DNA of 64,000 bases from Minisyncoccota bacterium (GCA_965267345.1 OZ253947.1:489964-553963); one strand, 5' to 3'; positions 9,684 to 20,958 are shown, counted from the first letter of the stretch. Notes: generated by a model from the sequence alone, not told the origin. Program-made: numbers and translations.

Positions 9684-10676
9684 ATGAACATACACATTCT
9701 GTATTCATTTAAAAAAGGACCTTGGGGAGGGGGTAATCAGTTTCTAAAAGCACTGAAAAAAGAACTCGTCACAATGGGCGCCTATTCTGATGAAATACAG
9801 CATGCCGACGTCGTACTTTTTAACAGCTTTCAGGACAGCCTCGCTGCCATTATCGCCCGCTGCCGCAACCCGCAGGCAGTATTTGTACATCGTGTCGACG
9901 GACCGGTACTGTATGTACGCGGCACCGACAGCATCGTCGACAAAAAGACGTTTGCTTTCAATGCACTCATTGCCGATGCGACAGTATTTCAATCACAATG
10001 GTGTAGAGAAATGTGCATTCGTGAAGGACTCACTCCTACACCACAGTCGACAGTAATCTACAATGCACCTGACGCCCAGCTCTTTACACCAAAAAAACGA
10101 AGTATCTTAGATGGGAAAATAAAGCTGGTTGCAACAAGTTGGTCATCAAACATGCGCAAAGGATTTGAGTACTATAAAGCACTCGATGAACAACTCGACT
10201 TTGATCGCTACACCATGACCTTCGTCGGCAATTCCCCCATTTCCTTCAAAAACATCGCTCATAAAAAGCCGATGTCATCTAAAGAACTCTCTCACGAACT
10301 ACGCCAGCACGACATTTACATCACCGCGAGCCAAACTGAACCGTGCTCAAACGCACTCATTGAAGCGCTCGCATCGGGACTTCCCGCAGTAGCGCACAAT
10401 AGTGGCGGTCACCCTGAACTCGTGCAAAAAGGTGGCGTCCTCTTTTCCACCACTGATGAATTGCTCGGTGGCATTGATGAGGTGGTGCAGCATTATGAGC
10501 ATTACACTTCGCACCTACCTGTTTTCGATAGCACCAAAACTGCACAGCAGTATCTTGCTTTTGCCGAAGAGACGCAGCGCGAGCGACGTACTATATTCCC
10601 TCTATTACTACGGTTTCTATGGTACGCTGCGCTGGAAGTGGCATCGCGCATCATGCGCAAATTCAAATTAGTATGA
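9684..10676 (+). CDS. glycosyltransferase (GT-B, GT4-like)
   Basis: EPCSNALIEALASGLPAVAHNSGGHPELV motif. Confidence 0.65.
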   Translation: MNIHILYSFKKGPWGGGNQFLKALKKELVTMGAYSDEIQHADVVLFNSFQDSLAAIIARCRNPQAVFVHRVDGPVLYVRGTDSIVDKKTFAFNALIADATVFQSQWCREMCIREGLTPTPQSTVIYNAPDAQLFTPKKRSILDGKIKLVATSWSSNMRKGFEYYKALDEQLDFDRYTMTFVGNSPISFKNIAHKKPMSSKELSHELRQHDIYITASQTEPCSNALIEALASGLPAVAHNSGGHPELVQKGGVLFSTTDELLGGIDEVVQHYEHYTSHLPVFDSTKTAQQYLAFAEETQRERRTIFPLLLRFLWYAALEVASRIMRKFKLV

Positions 10677-11782
10677 ACCTAGCAATTTTCCTCGCATTCA
10701 AGGAAGGCGCACAACAACTTGAAGACACTGGGCAACTTGAACGCATGCTCACCTACTATGTATATCCATACGCCAAGCACTTTGAGCACGTCTACATCTT
10801 CGGCTGGAACACACAGCCTTACAGTGTACCTAACGCACGTGTTACGTATGTACCTAATCCGGGGTGGCCTTTGTACATCTATCCGTTCGTACTCCCGTTT
10901 GTACATAGAAGCATTCTCGCCCATTGTGCACGTATTCGACTCATGCAAGCGACTGCGGTTATACCTGCCGTTATCGCGAAAATACGCTTCAAAAGTGCTG
11001 TGATTGCAACATATGGTTTCCCCTACGGTGCATTCCTGCGTATACGAAAACGATATGTACAGGCACTCCTTTGGACTATTGTGGAGCGACTATTCCTCTC
11101 GTTCGTTGATGTCTATATAACTACGTATGCTGGCACTGCAACTTATTTAAAAGAGCACGGTATACCTACAATGCGCATCCACCTTGCCCCGAATGGTGTC
11201 GACATCAATACGTTTAAGCCTTCATCAAAACCGAAATCTTCTGACACCATTGAACTGCTCTTTGTGGGGAGATTCGAACCTGAGAAAAACATCCTCGCGC
11301 TCGCGCATGCGCTCGCGCTCCTTGCTCAACATTACTCATTCCACATAACCCTCATTGGACGCGGGGCACTCGAAGATGCAGCGCGAGACATCCTTGATGA
11401 CAACGGAGTGTCCTATACGCTCACCGGGACGGTACCTCACGCTTCCCTAGTTCAGCATTACCAAAACACCGACATTTTCGTACTTCCTTCGCTTGCTGAA
11501 GGTTACCCCAAGGTTCTCGTTGAAGCACTTGCTTGCGGGTGTGCATGTGTTGTGGGCGCATATCTTGGACATGAACAAATTATAGAGGATGGCACAAATG
11601 GAATCGTGTGCGGTCACACACCAGAGGAAATTGCCGATGCGCTTAGTGCGCTTATCGAAGACCAGCAGCTTCGACAAAAAATTGGTGCCTCTGCGCGCCA
11701 ATTCGCCGTCGCACACAACAACATACACACTATTGTTGCCGAAGAAATAAAATTGATACAATCGCCTTATGAAAACACTTAA
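10673..11782 (+). CDS. glycosyltransferase family 4
   Basis: LPSLAEGYPKVLVEALACGCACVV motif; ATG overlaps upstream stop (ATGA), ORF track start 10619. Confidence 0.75.
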   Translation: MNLAIFLAFKEGAQQLEDTGQLERMLTYYVYPYAKHFEHVYIFGWNTQPYSVPNARVTYVPNPGWPLYIYPFVLPFVHRSILAHCARIRLMQATAVIPAVIAKIRFKSAVIATYGFPYGAFLRIRKRYVQALLWTIVERLFLSFVDVYITTYAGTATYLKEHGIPTMRIHLAPNGVDINTFKPSSKPKSSDTIELLFVGRFEPEKNILALAHALALLAQHYSFHITLIGRGALEDAARDILDDNGVSYTLTGTVPHASLVQHYQNTDIFVLPSLAEGYPKVLVEALACGCACVVGAYLGHEQIIEDGTNGIVCGHTPEEIADALSALIEDQQLRQKIGASARQFAVAHNNIHTIVAEEIKLIQSPYENT

Positions 11783-12542
11783 ACGACTACTGATTCGAAC
11801 TGTCCGTTACATTAACTGGCTTGGGTCTGGCCTCTCTATCAGGCTCACCTACTGGACGAGAAAGTCGCCTCAACCAATCCACCCGAAGCATTTCCTCTCG
11901 GAAACACCTATGTGGCTCCCATACTTTGAGCGCAAGGATCGAGTACTTGATATCGGGTGCCACAATGGGCAGCGCGACTTCAAACTTGCACCGTACGTCG
12001 AGCACATTACAGCATTCGACTATGATGAGACCATGCTTGCGCAAGCAAGGGCATGGGGCACGCAAAACGGTGTCACAAATATTGAATTTCTGGAGCTCTC
12101 CGCTGAGGAGAAGCTGCCGTTTCCTGATCACTCGTTTGATAAAATCCTTTTTTTGGACGTACTTGAGCATCTCTACAACCGGGAACAAATCATGCGAGAG
12201 TGCCGCAGGGTACTGAAGCCAGGCGGAAAGATGATTGTCACCATTCCAAATACAGAGACGACATGGAAAAAATTCCAGCGGAGTGCCGGCATGAATTCAT
12301 TCTCGGATCCGGATCATAAAATAGAATACTCCGAGCAGGAAATACGCGCAGTGCACAAAGAGGCAGGATTCACCATTGTAGAAGTACATCCGATTGTATA
12401 TGACTTCCCACTCAATGGCCTCATCGACTTCACTGGCGGCATCAATCTTTGGCTATATCGCCACCTTGCCGCATGGCGCCGCGATGCAGTGAAGCAGCAC
12501 CCCGAGGAAACAATAGGATTTATGGTGATTTCAAACACATGA
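11769..12542 (+). CDS. class I SAM-dependent methyltransferase
   Basis: VLDIGCHNGQ (motif I) ... ILFLDVLEHL motif. Confidence 0.75.
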   Translation: MKTLKRLLIRTVRYINWLGSGLSIRLTYWTRKSPQPIHPKHFLSETPMWLPYFERKDRVLDIGCHNGQRDFKLAPYVEHITAFDYDETMLAQARAWGTQNGVTNIEFLELSAEEKLPFPDHSFDKILFLDVLEHLYNREQIMRECRRVLKPGGKMIVTIPNTETTWKKFQRSAGMNSFSDPDHKIEYSEQEIRAVHKEAGFTIVEVHPIVYDFPLNGLIDFTGGINLWLYRHLAAWRRDAVKQHPEETIGFMVISNT

Positions 12543-13654
12543 CAAATATACTCTGCATCTTCTCTAAGAAAAAAGATTTCGAGCACATGGGGCCATACTC
12601 GTTCCCCGTCACTTTTTTTGGGTACGATTCGCTCGTAGCCGACCCTGCGTTCACAACGAAGCGCCTTGATATATACAAAGAGGCTAGCTTTCGCTGGCTG
12701 ATACGCTACCCAATTTGGATTCTGTGGCGCCCTTTTGAACTTCTCTTCTATCGCCTCACTGGTGTGGGATTCGCCCTTGGACAAATTCTTCACCATCGCC
12801 GCTATATCAACACGTTTGATATCGTCTACGGCATTAATGACACCTCGGGCATCCCACTCTCGCTTCTAAAGCGACTACATCTCATCAAACCACCAGTAGT
12901 ATTTGTCTCAGCGGGATTGATAAATAATATGTATGCGCACCCTCGCGATCCTCGCACGCACCTACTGCGCTTTGCGTTGTGCGGTGCAACGTGCGTCTTT
13001 GCGTGGTCACCACACGAGCAGCACCTGTTTGAAGCGTGGGGTATATCTTCGACGCACCTGCCACTTGAAGCAGATACTCGCCTTTTCAGCCCAGACCCCT
13101 CTATTCCACGAGAAGACTTCATTCTTTTTTCTGGACGCGATATTGGTCGGGACACTGCAACCCTTATTGAGGTACTGAAAGAAACGGGGCTCCCCGCAGT
13201 ATTCATTACCAACAGAAGTCTTTTACCAAAAGGCGAGCTTCCAGCGAATATCACACTTATCACCGATTATATTTCATACGATGAACTGAAGAACTACTAC
13301 AATCGCGCGCGACTTGTCGTGGTGCCTGTAAAAGAAATCGGTCGTTTCTCAGGACAAACGTCACTCCTTGAAGCACTCGCCATGGGTAAGGCGACAATCG
13401 CTGCGCGCACAAAGGCATGCACAAGTGCATACCCTACCCTCACTGGCAACACACACCTGCTCTGGTACGAGCCGGAGAACGAACGCGACCTCAAAGAGAA
13501 GGTGCTCGCTCTTCACAACGATCCTTCCATGCAAGAGTCCCTTGGCGAACACGGAAGAGAATTCGTTGAATTATTGCCTCAAGAGTGGCTTTATACGACT
13601 CTTAAGAAAAATCTCTTTACGTTCGCGAAAAAGTTACGTACGCCAGAGGTATAG
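12539..13654 (+). CDS. glycosyltransferase (GT-B fold, GT4-like)
   Basis: C-terminal GT-B Rossmann-like region; ATGA overlap with upstream stop; ORF track start 12449. Confidence 0.55.
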   Translation: MTNILCIFSKKKDFEHMGPYSFPVTFFGYDSLVADPAFTTKRLDIYKEASFRWLIRYPIWILWRPFELLFYRLTGVGFALGQILHHRRYINTFDIVYGINDTSGIPLSLLKRLHLIKPPVVFVSAGLINNMYAHPRDPRTHLLRFALCGATCVFAWSPHEQHLFEAWGISSTHLPLEADTRLFSPDPSIPREDFILFSGRDIGRDTATLIEVLKETGLPAVFITNRSLLPKGELPANITLITDYISYDELKNYYNRARLVVVPVKEIGRFSGQTSLLEALAMGKATIAARTKACTSAYPTLTGNTHLLWYEPENERDLKEKVLALHNDPSMQESLGEHGREFVELLPQEWLYTTLKKNLFTFAKKLRTPEV

Positions 13655-14446
13655 TGGAGCTTTGATTGCAATACTTTTTCCAAAACGCTCCGCAACAGCA
13701 TAATTAAAGTCCATATCCGCCCCCCTGCCTTTTCTACTCGGTCGTGTACGTTCCCAGAGTGGACGAAAACAAACCGCATCAAAAACCTCACGGCGCACCA
13801 TAGCCGTATTCCCTGAACATGGATAGGGCTTTATATCACACCAAAACAACTTCCTCCCCAGGCGTTTAATAAGCCGAATAGGGTGTATATTTATAGACCG
13901 GTACGAAAGTGGGTCCCGCAACCATCGAGGAATAGGTTTATTTTCTTTGGCTAGTTTGTTTATCTCATCAAATCCAAGTACTCCAACTGTATTAAGGTCT
14001 ACGGGCAGTTCTCTCCCAACCATCTCCTCAACACCCTCTTGTGGGTGCTCATAGTCGACCACTGCGTGCATCGCCCCATACTTCTGCAGCAATTCATACT
14101 GTATTTCTATACGATTAGCATACGACAGGTCGTCAGCATCCTGAAAAGTGATGACTTCCCCGTTCGCTTTTTCAACTCCATGGTTACGTGCACTGTATCC
14201 AGCGTTAATGTTCACTCCAATTCTGTTGAGTCGATATGGATCATCGCTCTCTATCTCAACACGGTGAATGCGACTGTCTTTAGCAACACACTTGTCCACG
14301 ACAGTCTGCGTCCCGTCTGTACTCTTGTCGTCGACAACGATTATCTCAATATGCGGATATGTTTGAGTACATAACGATTCGAGCGCGGCAGCAATAGTTG
14401 GGGCATTATTATGCGTCGGGACGATAATGGAAATAAGTGGCTTCAT
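13634..14446 (-). CDS. glycosyltransferase family 2
   Basis: ISIIVPTHNNAPTIAAALESLCTQTYPHIEIIVVDDKSTDGT. Confidence 0.8.
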   Translation of the reverse strand: MKPLISIIVPTHNNAPTIAAALESLCTQTYPHIEIIVVDDKSTDGTQTVVDKCVAKDSRIHRVEIESDDPYRLNRIGVNINAGYSARNHGVEKANGEVITFQDADDLSYANRIEIQYELLQKYGAMHAVVDYEHPQEGVEEMVGRELPVDLNTVGVLGFDEINKLAKENKPIPRWLRDPLSYRSINIHPIRLIKRLGRKLFWCDIKPYPCSGNTAMVRREVFDAVCFRPLWERTRPSRKGRGADMDFNYAVAERFGKSIAIKAPLYLWRT

Positions 14447-14448
14447 GG

Positions 14449-16005
14449 CTACCGAAATATCTTACTTAAAACAAAGTTTTGCTCCGACTTTAACAGACCA
14501 CATCGAAATGTAACGTAGAGGAATGCACATATATGTATCATGGCAACGCCAGCACTCCATACACTTATTTCAAGATGCTGCATAAGCACCACGCCAACGA
14601 AAGAAAAAACTAATACGGGCACAAACATCCGACGCACAAAGTCAAAAAAGACTTTGTGCGGATGCACGCCCAATCTTCGATAAAGCATGAGTGGGAGCCA
14701 CACTCCGACGATTAGCATATTCGCCACCGCCATGGCAATGGGTATGCCAGCGATTCCTAATTTTGGTACAAAAAAGATGTATAGGAGCACTGCCGCAGCA
14801 AGATGGATAATTGAAACGCCTGCTAGCATACGGTACCAGCCCATAGCTTGGGAAAATTCCACGTGCGGCCCCGTCCATCCATACGTAATGAATAAAGCTG
14901 CTAACCCTAAGAGAACATCAAAGCCCATAAGGAAATCTTCGCCTACCCACAACACTATTGCCGGGCGTGCATATATAAATATGACTGCGACAATGCTGAC
15001 ACGAGCCACAAGGCTTAAGCGCAACATTCTTTGGTAAAGTAGCTGGAGCGTCTTGGTATCTTGTTTAGTGGAAATCTCAACCGCACTCGAAAAAAGAGCA
15101 TCCGTCACCTTTGTCCCCATTGAGGGAAGTTGGAAAAGACGAAAGGCTACGTAGTAAGCTGCAAGAGACGAAAGTCCCAAAAAGTAAGACGCTGCCAGCG
15201 CGTCACTCTTTCCAATGAACGCCGCAGCGCCAGCACTCACAACAAGGGCTGGGCTATATTGCAATAATTTTCGTACAGAGCGAAAAGAGTCTTTCGTTAC
15301 TTTCCATGACACTAGTGCATTAAATCGACTCCATTCATACATCAGCAACGCAAAGCGTATCAGGGCGCTCCCGAACAAAAACCAGGTAATAGAAATGAGC
15401 GAAGGCTGTGTTAGCAAAAATAGTACATACGCTACTCCAAAGACTGCAGTGTATAGAATGGAGACTCCATTATACGTAGGGACTTGGTTGCAACCCTGAA
15501 ATCCTGCTCGAATGACTCCCGATAAGAGCGTATTTACCGCCCATGTCCCTGCCGTAAGAAAAAAGACGAAACCTGCTATGGTTTGCAGCGCGCTTGGCAC
15601 ACCTAATATACTTAGTATCGGAATACCCGCTAACTGAAGTACCGCAACCAATGTAATTGCAAAAAATGCAACGGCCACTAGCAATCCCATTGCAACTATT
15701 AACACACCTCCGCTTTGGGCTAGACGCTGCTTAGCACGATCTCCACTAACTGCATGAACAAGTGTTCTGAGTAAACCGAGATCTGCAAATCCTAGTATAC
15801 CCACGAAAGACCCAGCGAGAATCAACAACCCATATTGCTCCTTCCCCACGGCATTAATAACTAGCGGGATAGTGACGAAAGCAATGAATGCCGATACCAA
15901 AGAATGCAATGTGTTAGTGATTGACCCTCGTGCAATGAGTTTTGCATGATCAGCCTCACTGACTGCTCGATGGATGCTAAATATATGTTGTAGGTTAGAC
16001 CACAT
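14449..16005 (-). CDS. Wzx-like oligosaccharide flippase / polysaccharide biosynthesis membrane protein
   Basis: ~12-14 TM helices, polysaccharide-export flippase architecture, in glycan cluster; ORF track start 16050 overlaps upstream gene. Confidence 0.65.
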   Translation of the reverse strand: MWSNLQHIFSIHRAVSEADHAKLIARGSITNTLHSLVSAFIAFVTIPLVINAVGKEQYGLLILAGSFVGILGFADLGLLRTLVHAVSGDRAKQRLAQSGGVLIVAMGLLVAVAFFAITLVAVLQLAGIPILSILGVPSALQTIAGFVFFLTAGTWAVNTLLSGVIRAGFQGCNQVPTYNGVSILYTAVFGVAYVLFLLTQPSLISITWFLFGSALIRFALLMYEWSRFNALVSWKVTKDSFRSVRKLLQYSPALVVSAGAAAFIGKSDALAASYFLGLSSLAAYYVAFRLFQLPSMGTKVTDALFSSAVEISTKQDTKTLQLLYQRMLRLSLVARVSIVAVIFIYARPAIVLWVGEDFLMGFDVLLGLAALFITYGWTGPHVEFSQAMGWYRMLAGVSIIHLAAAVLLYIFFVPKLGIAGIPIAMAVANMLIVGVWLPLMLYRRLGVHPHKVFFDFVRRMFVPVLVFSFVGVVLMQHLEISVWSAGVAMIHICAFLYVTFRCGLLKSEQNFVLSKIFR

Positions 16006-17029
16006 GTGTTCCCAGTGATGACTGTATTTCTTTCCAAGTACGTTCAGCATTAAATTTTTTCAGTGCCTGAACGGCTTGCTTATTCATATCTTGTAGTACA
16101 CTTGGTTGCAAAGAAGAGGCCTTTCGCACCTTTTGATATAAATCATAGTAACTTCGGTCCTTTGCAATAAAGCTATTTGAATGATTCATCCATTCCCAAT
16201 CACCATTTTTAGCAAAACCTACTATCACGCAACCGCTCAGCGCCGCTTCGGCTGGCGGAAGTGGGAAACCTTCATCGTAGCGACTACCCGCATACGTAAC
16301 CTTGGTGCGTCGATCAACACACCCCTTTGTGAGCAAATACTTTCCCCATGCGCGTAATTTCTTTTTTAGATTTGGTTGGTATCCAATGGCAGTATGGAGA
16401 AAGAGATTTCTGTGCGACGCCTCCGCGGCAAAATCGTCCTCAGTAAATTTACCACTAAGTAAATGTATGTTTTCTTTTCCGAATATGCCCCTAATGAATG
16501 TAACGTACATAGCTCCTTTGCGAGAAAGCGCCAACGTCCCTGAACGCTCTTTGTTTTTGCGGACGTTAGCATAGTACTGGTGATCGAAGTACGGGTGCAC
16601 AATATCGCATTGTACTTGGTATTTTTTTTCCAAAATATTCTTGTTGCTCTCGCTCACAGACCAGAAGTGGGTATATCCCGAGTCAGAGTTGAAAACTCTA
16701 TCTCCAACGAGAGTCTCTCCTTCTAAGAAAAAATTGCACTGCGGATAAAATATCTTAACATCAGCCGGACAATCCCTAACAAGTTCCATGGCCTCCTTGT
16801 CTGGCCATGTGCCAATAACAATATCGCTCGACGTACACATTTCCGCCATTGCGTCATTACTTAGTATTGGCGCTGATCCGCGAAGCCACGAAGGAGTGTA
16901 TACTTCTTTTCTAGGTGAAAAAATGAAAGCATCAAAACCATTGCGTAAAAATAGACACGCAAGCATATGATTCACTTTTCCACCACCCGACGGCCGATTG
17001 TGGGCACTTTGTATAAAGACTCTTTTCAT
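15995..17029 (-). CDS. glycosyltransferase-like protein (uncertain family)
   Basis: 344 aa in glycan cluster, 4-nt overlap with neighbours. Confidence 0.5.
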   Translation of the reverse strand: MKRVFIQSAHNRPSGGGKVNHMLACLFLRNGFDAFIFSPRKEVYTPSWLRGSAPILSNDAMAEMCTSSDIVIGTWPDKEAMELVRDCPADVKIFYPQCNFFLEGETLVGDRVFNSDSGYTHFWSVSESNKNILEKKYQVQCDIVHPYFDHQYYANVRKNKERSGTLALSRKGAMYVTFIRGIFGKENIHLLSGKFTEDDFAAEASHRNLFLHTAIGYQPNLKKKLRAWGKYLLTKGCVDRRTKVTYAGSRYDEGFPLPPAEAALSGCVIVGFAKNGDWEWMNHSNSFIAKDRSYYDLYQKVRKASSLQPSVLQDMNKQAVQALKKFNAERTWKEIQSSLGTHVV

Positions 17030-17889
17030 TTCAACTTGGAAGGTGCAGGAATGAAGAATACATTTTGTATGCGATCATGGTCGCCATCCGTATATGAACG
17101 AAGGGTACGTGAAGAGCGATCGATGACAAAAGGTTTGTAATTAAACTCCTGCATGAATTTAAGAACATCCGTTATCGTAACATTGTACGCGTTCAGGTTC
17201 TGAGAGAATAGCTCAATCAACAAAAGATCAACTGCCTCTCTCCTCAATAAACCAGCGGCTCCGCGCAATACTGCCATCTCACTCCCTTCTACATCAATCT
17301 TTAAGAAATGGATCTTAGATATGCTTTTGTTGCTAGCGTACATATCTAAGGTGGTTGTTTCGACTGTACATCTCGCATCCTCGCGAACCCGACCCGTACC
17401 CCTAAAAGATGAAAAGCCGGAATCTCTCGCGATAGAAAAATTTTGCGTCCCGGCTTTATCAGAAAGAGCGACTTGATTAAGGAGTGCTCGACGATCCCAT
17501 CCATTTAAACATATATTCGTCTCGCAGAGCGCCTTGGGTAAGGGTGCTGGTTCGAAACAATGAACTCTAGCTTTAGGTGCAACACTCGCACATAACAAAG
17601 ACCAGTATCCGACGTTGGAACCCACATCAACCACTGTCGCATTTCGGTCTAATGTGGAAGTTACATACGTTGCCTCTAAGCTTTCAAACCTACCGAGTGC
17701 CTTAAGCTGAATGCCCACACTGTCGTGAACCAGAACGAGCATACGAAAATTTCCCAGAGAAGCCTCTGCAACACGTTGTTTCTTAAATGCAGCACGCACT
17801 AGAACAATACGAAATTGGTCGGAAATATTTATAAGTCTCACCGCCAAACTCTGCCACGCAGATGCGACAAACCGAAACAATCTTTTCAT
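17026..17889 (-). CDS. FkbM-family methyltransferase
   Basis: VVDVGSNVGYWS ... FLKIDVEGSEMAVLRG motifs characteristic of FkbM family. Confidence 0.75.
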   Translation of the reverse strand: MKRLFRFVASAWQSLAVRLINISDQFRIVLVRAAFKKQRVAEASLGNFRMLVLVHDSVGIQLKALGRFESLEATYVTSTLDRNATVVDVGSNVGYWSLLCASVAPKARVHCFEPAPLPKALCETNICLNGWDRRALLNQVALSDKAGTQNFSIARDSGFSSFRGTGRVREDARCTVETTTLDMYASNKSISKIHFLKIDVEGSEMAVLRGAAGLLRREAVDLLLIELFSQNLNAYNVTITDVLKFMQEFNYKPFVIDRSSRTLRSYTDGDHDRIQNVFFIPAPSKLK

Positions 17890-18869
17890 GTTGCATCACT
17901 TTTCCTAGCTTGTGCGGCAACCCAGACATACGTCTTCTCAAGACCCGTAGAAAGCTTCTGCGTTGGCGCCCAGTCAAGCTCTTTCTTAATGAGAGCGTTG
18001 TCAGACGTTCTACCACGCACGCCAAGTGGGCCCTCTACATGTTTAATAGAAATTTCCTTGTTTGCAATAGCGGCAACCATTTCCGCTAACTCGTTAATAC
18101 TTACCATTTCGTCCGAGCCAATATTTACTGGCCCATGGAAATCCGGATGCTCCATAAGGCGACACACCCCTTCAAGACACTCGTCGACGTAAAGAAATGA
18201 GCGCGTTTGTTTACCATCCCCCCACACTTCGATTTCTCCCCCGTCTTCAGCCTCGGCAACCTTGCGGCACATCGCAGCAGGTGCTTTCTCGCGCCCGCCA
18301 CGCCATGTGCCCTCTGGTCCAAAAATATTATGAAAGCGCGCTATGCGTACATCAAGCCCATGATTGCGCAAAAAGGAAAGATACAGCCGCTCGCTAAAGA
18401 GCTTCTCCCATCCATACTCACTATCAGGTGCCGCTGGATACGCTGAGGCTTCTTCGCAATGAGGATTGTCAGGGTCAAGCTGGTTGCGTTCTGGATATAT
18501 ACACGCAGAGGAAGAATAAAATACTTTTCCTACTTTTCTCTCAACACCGAAGTGCGCCATATGTAAATTTATCATGGCTGAGTTATGCATGACGTGTGCA
18601 TCATTTTCACCAGTGAAAATGTACCCTGCACCCCCCATATCAGCTGCGAGTTGATATGCTTCGTCAAACGGCCTGTCAAGAATGTACTCCCAGACCTTTA
18701 CGTCACGCAAATCACCAACCACAAAATCGTCGGCGGCTGACGTAGAGAATTCAGGCTCTTTTAAATCAACGCCGCGCACCCAATATCCTTCGCTTTTAAG
18801 ACGACGGACGAGGTGGCTTCCAATAAAACCACCAGCTCCACACACCAAGGCTGTCTTTTGTTTGCTCAT
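17886..18869 (-). CDS. NAD-dependent epimerase/dehydratase (extended SDR)
   Basis: ALVCGAGGFIGSHLV Rossmann motif, YxxxK region. Confidence 0.8.
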   Translation of the reverse strand: MSKQKTALVCGAGGFIGSHLVRRLKSEGYWVRGVDLKEPEFSTSAADDFVVGDLRDVKVWEYILDRPFDEAYQLAADMGGAGYIFTGENDAHVMHNSAMINLHMAHFGVERKVGKVFYSSSACIYPERNQLDPDNPHCEEASAYPAAPDSEYGWEKLFSERLYLSFLRNHGLDVRIARFHNIFGPEGTWRGGREKAPAAMCRKVAEAEDGGEIEVWGDGKQTRSFLYVDECLEGVCRLMEHPDFHGPVNIGSDEMVSINELAEMVAAIANKEISIKHVEGPLGVRGRTSDNALIKKELDWAPTQKLSTGLEKTYVWVAAQARKSDAT

Positions 18870-18913
18870 ATACCCTTTTAGATTATATTCAGCTTAGCAC
18901 ACTAAAATAGAGA

Positions 18914-20053
18914 TCAGCTATATATTTGAAGATACTCTTGCGCCTGCTTTGATGTACTAAATTGGGCCGCATGTGCCGAATTACCAACCGCAAGCTCCTG
19001 CCTAAGCTCTGGATGCTCGTAGAGGCGAATAAGGCGCTCATTGAACGCCTGATGATCGTTCAGAGGAAATACTTGAAACAACGCATGCGCAAACTGTTCA
19101 CGAGCGCCACCAACATCACTTGCAAGCACAGGCACTCCAACATGCAATGCTTCTGTAAGCGAGATGGAAAATCCTTCAAAACGCGATGGCAACACAAATA
19201 CGTCAAACGCCTTCATATAGGTGGCGGCATTAGGTATCCCTCCTGCAAAAAGCACCTTTTCACACACGCCTTTGTCCTGCGCCCGCTTTAAAAGAAACGC
19301 CCGCTCAGGACCATCGCCAAGGAGCAATACACGAAGGTCTCTGTACGCTGCAGGCAGCTGTGCAAGTGCATCAATAAGAAATTCATAGTTCTTGGGCGTA
19401 TCTAAACGGCCGATTGATCCAACAATGAACTCTGGTAGCCTTTTCCCAAGACACGTTTCGAGCCATGCACGCGCCTGTTTTCGTGAAAGTAGAGTGTCGC
19501 CTAGTTCAATGCCATTGAAAATGATATGACCTTTATTCACTATATGGTGTGCTTTCGCGTCAACATAATTGCGCTCACTTACAAATACACACTCGTCCAC
19601 CCATCTCAACGTCGCCTGCAACACGAGTGCGTATACTACCTTGAGCATCAAGGGATCTCGTGCGGTTTCCTCTAACAGCGAAAGGCCGTGAAAAGTAAAT
19701 ATTGTTTTCGGCTTTTGAGGAACCAACTTCGCAGCAACGGCGGCAAATAGTGCGTTTGAGCTGTTGATGTGCACCGTTGTGAAGTGCTTTTGTTTGATGA
19801 AGCGTCGCGCCTCAAAAATGAAAAAGAGGTTCGCGAATGGATTGTATGTACGCCCGAGCCAGGCAAAGCGATGTGTCGGAATTCCCTCTTTTTTGCACTC
19901 ACCCTCAAGCCACTCCCCATCCCCGAAGGCGACCGTGACGTTTTCGCTTCTTCGCTGCAGTTCTCGTGCGAGATTCAAGACGGATGTTTGTGCTCCTCCT
20001 ACCACAGCTCGTGTAACGATAATTAGGATATTCTTATCCGACGAAGCCTTCAT
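18914..20053 (-). CDS. glycosyltransferase family 4
   Basis: LPSRFEGFSISLTEALHVGVPVLASDVGG motif. Confidence 0.8.
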   Translation of the reverse strand: MKASSDKNILIIVTRAVVGGAQTSVLNLARELQRRSENVTVAFGDGEWLEGECKKEGIPTHRFAWLGRTYNPFANLFFIFEARRFIKQKHFTTVHINSSNALFAAVAAKLVPQKPKTIFTFHGLSLLEETARDPLMLKVVYALVLQATLRWVDECVFVSERNYVDAKAHHIVNKGHIIFNGIELGDTLLSRKQARAWLETCLGKRLPEFIVGSIGRLDTPKNYEFLIDALAQLPAAYRDLRVLLLGDGPERAFLLKRAQDKGVCEKVLFAGGIPNAATYMKAFDVFVLPSRFEGFSISLTEALHVGVPVLASDVGGAREQFAHALFQVFPLNDHQAFNERLIRLYEHPELRQELAVGNSAHAAQFSTSKQAQEYLQIYS

Positions 20054-20064
20054 AATGAGAGAGT

Positions 20065-20958
20065 TTAAGATCTTAATCTGAAAGGATTTTTGTTGGCACG
20101 CGCCCAGTGATTGTTTTCAGTATCATATACAACAAAACGATGAGAAAACCTAGACACAAAAGGTAAATATTCAAAAGCGCGATCGGGAATGAATCTCCAA
20201 ATCCACCGCGTTGCATATAAGAATCGATAGGAAAACGTTTCTGCCCTGAAGCTTAACGAGGTGCGTTTTTTGAGTCGCTTTACGGCTCGTGTAGCGTACG
20301 ACATAAATTCGGCGCGCCGCAAGACACTCTGTCCCTCCGCGATCTTTCGATAGGCACCAACAATGCTTGGGACGTGATAGAGTTCGAATCCTGCGCGGAA
20401 TAATTCAACCCAGAGACCAATGTCAAAGGCCCATGTATCTTCATCTTGCAACCCACCCACCTTCTTCCAGGCAATGCTCCTGACAAAGGTTGATTCCTGC
20501 TGTATGATTTGCCACTTCCCAATTGCAAAATCATATTTATTTTTCCTGAACGAACGAACATTCACCACCATGCCCTCCTCGTTAATGGTTGTAGCGAGTC
20601 CGGTGAGCCAATGTATGTCTCGATGTGCCCTGAAGATTGCCCCTACTGTCGACAAACTTTTGGGCAAAAGTATGTTTTTATCATTGAGCCAGCCATATAT
20701 TTCTCCTGTCCCCTTACTAAATCCATAATTAATCGCATGAATTGGACTCTTGCGATACCCAGGAAGCTGTTCGCAATAGGTAAGCTTCTCTCTATATTCT
20801 TGGATTATATCCCAGCTTTTATCTGTCGATCCGTCGTCAATAACTATGTACTCAAGGTTCGGATAGTCTTGTGCAAGAACAGACTCTATGGTTTCTCGTA
20901 TATATCGTTCTCGATTAAAACACGGAGTTACTATCGTTATCTTCGGAAGTGCACTCAT
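20065..20958 (-). CDS. glycosyltransferase family 2
   Basis: ITIVTPCFNRERYIRETIESVLAQDYPNLEYIVIDDGSTDKS. Confidence 0.8.
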   Translation of the reverse strand: MSALPKITIVTPCFNRERYIRETIESVLAQDYPNLEYIVIDDGSTDKSWDIIQEYREKLTYCEQLPGYRKSPIHAINYGFSKGTGEIYGWLNDKNILLPKSLSTVGAIFRAHRDIHWLTGLATTINEEGMVVNVRSFRKNKYDFAIGKWQIIQQESTFVRSIAWKKVGGLQDEDTWAFDIGLWVELFRAGFELYHVPSIVGAYRKIAEGQSVLRRAEFMSYATRAVKRLKKRTSLSFRAETFSYRFLYATRWIWRFIPDRAFEYLPFVSRFSHRFVVYDTENNHWARANKNPFRLRS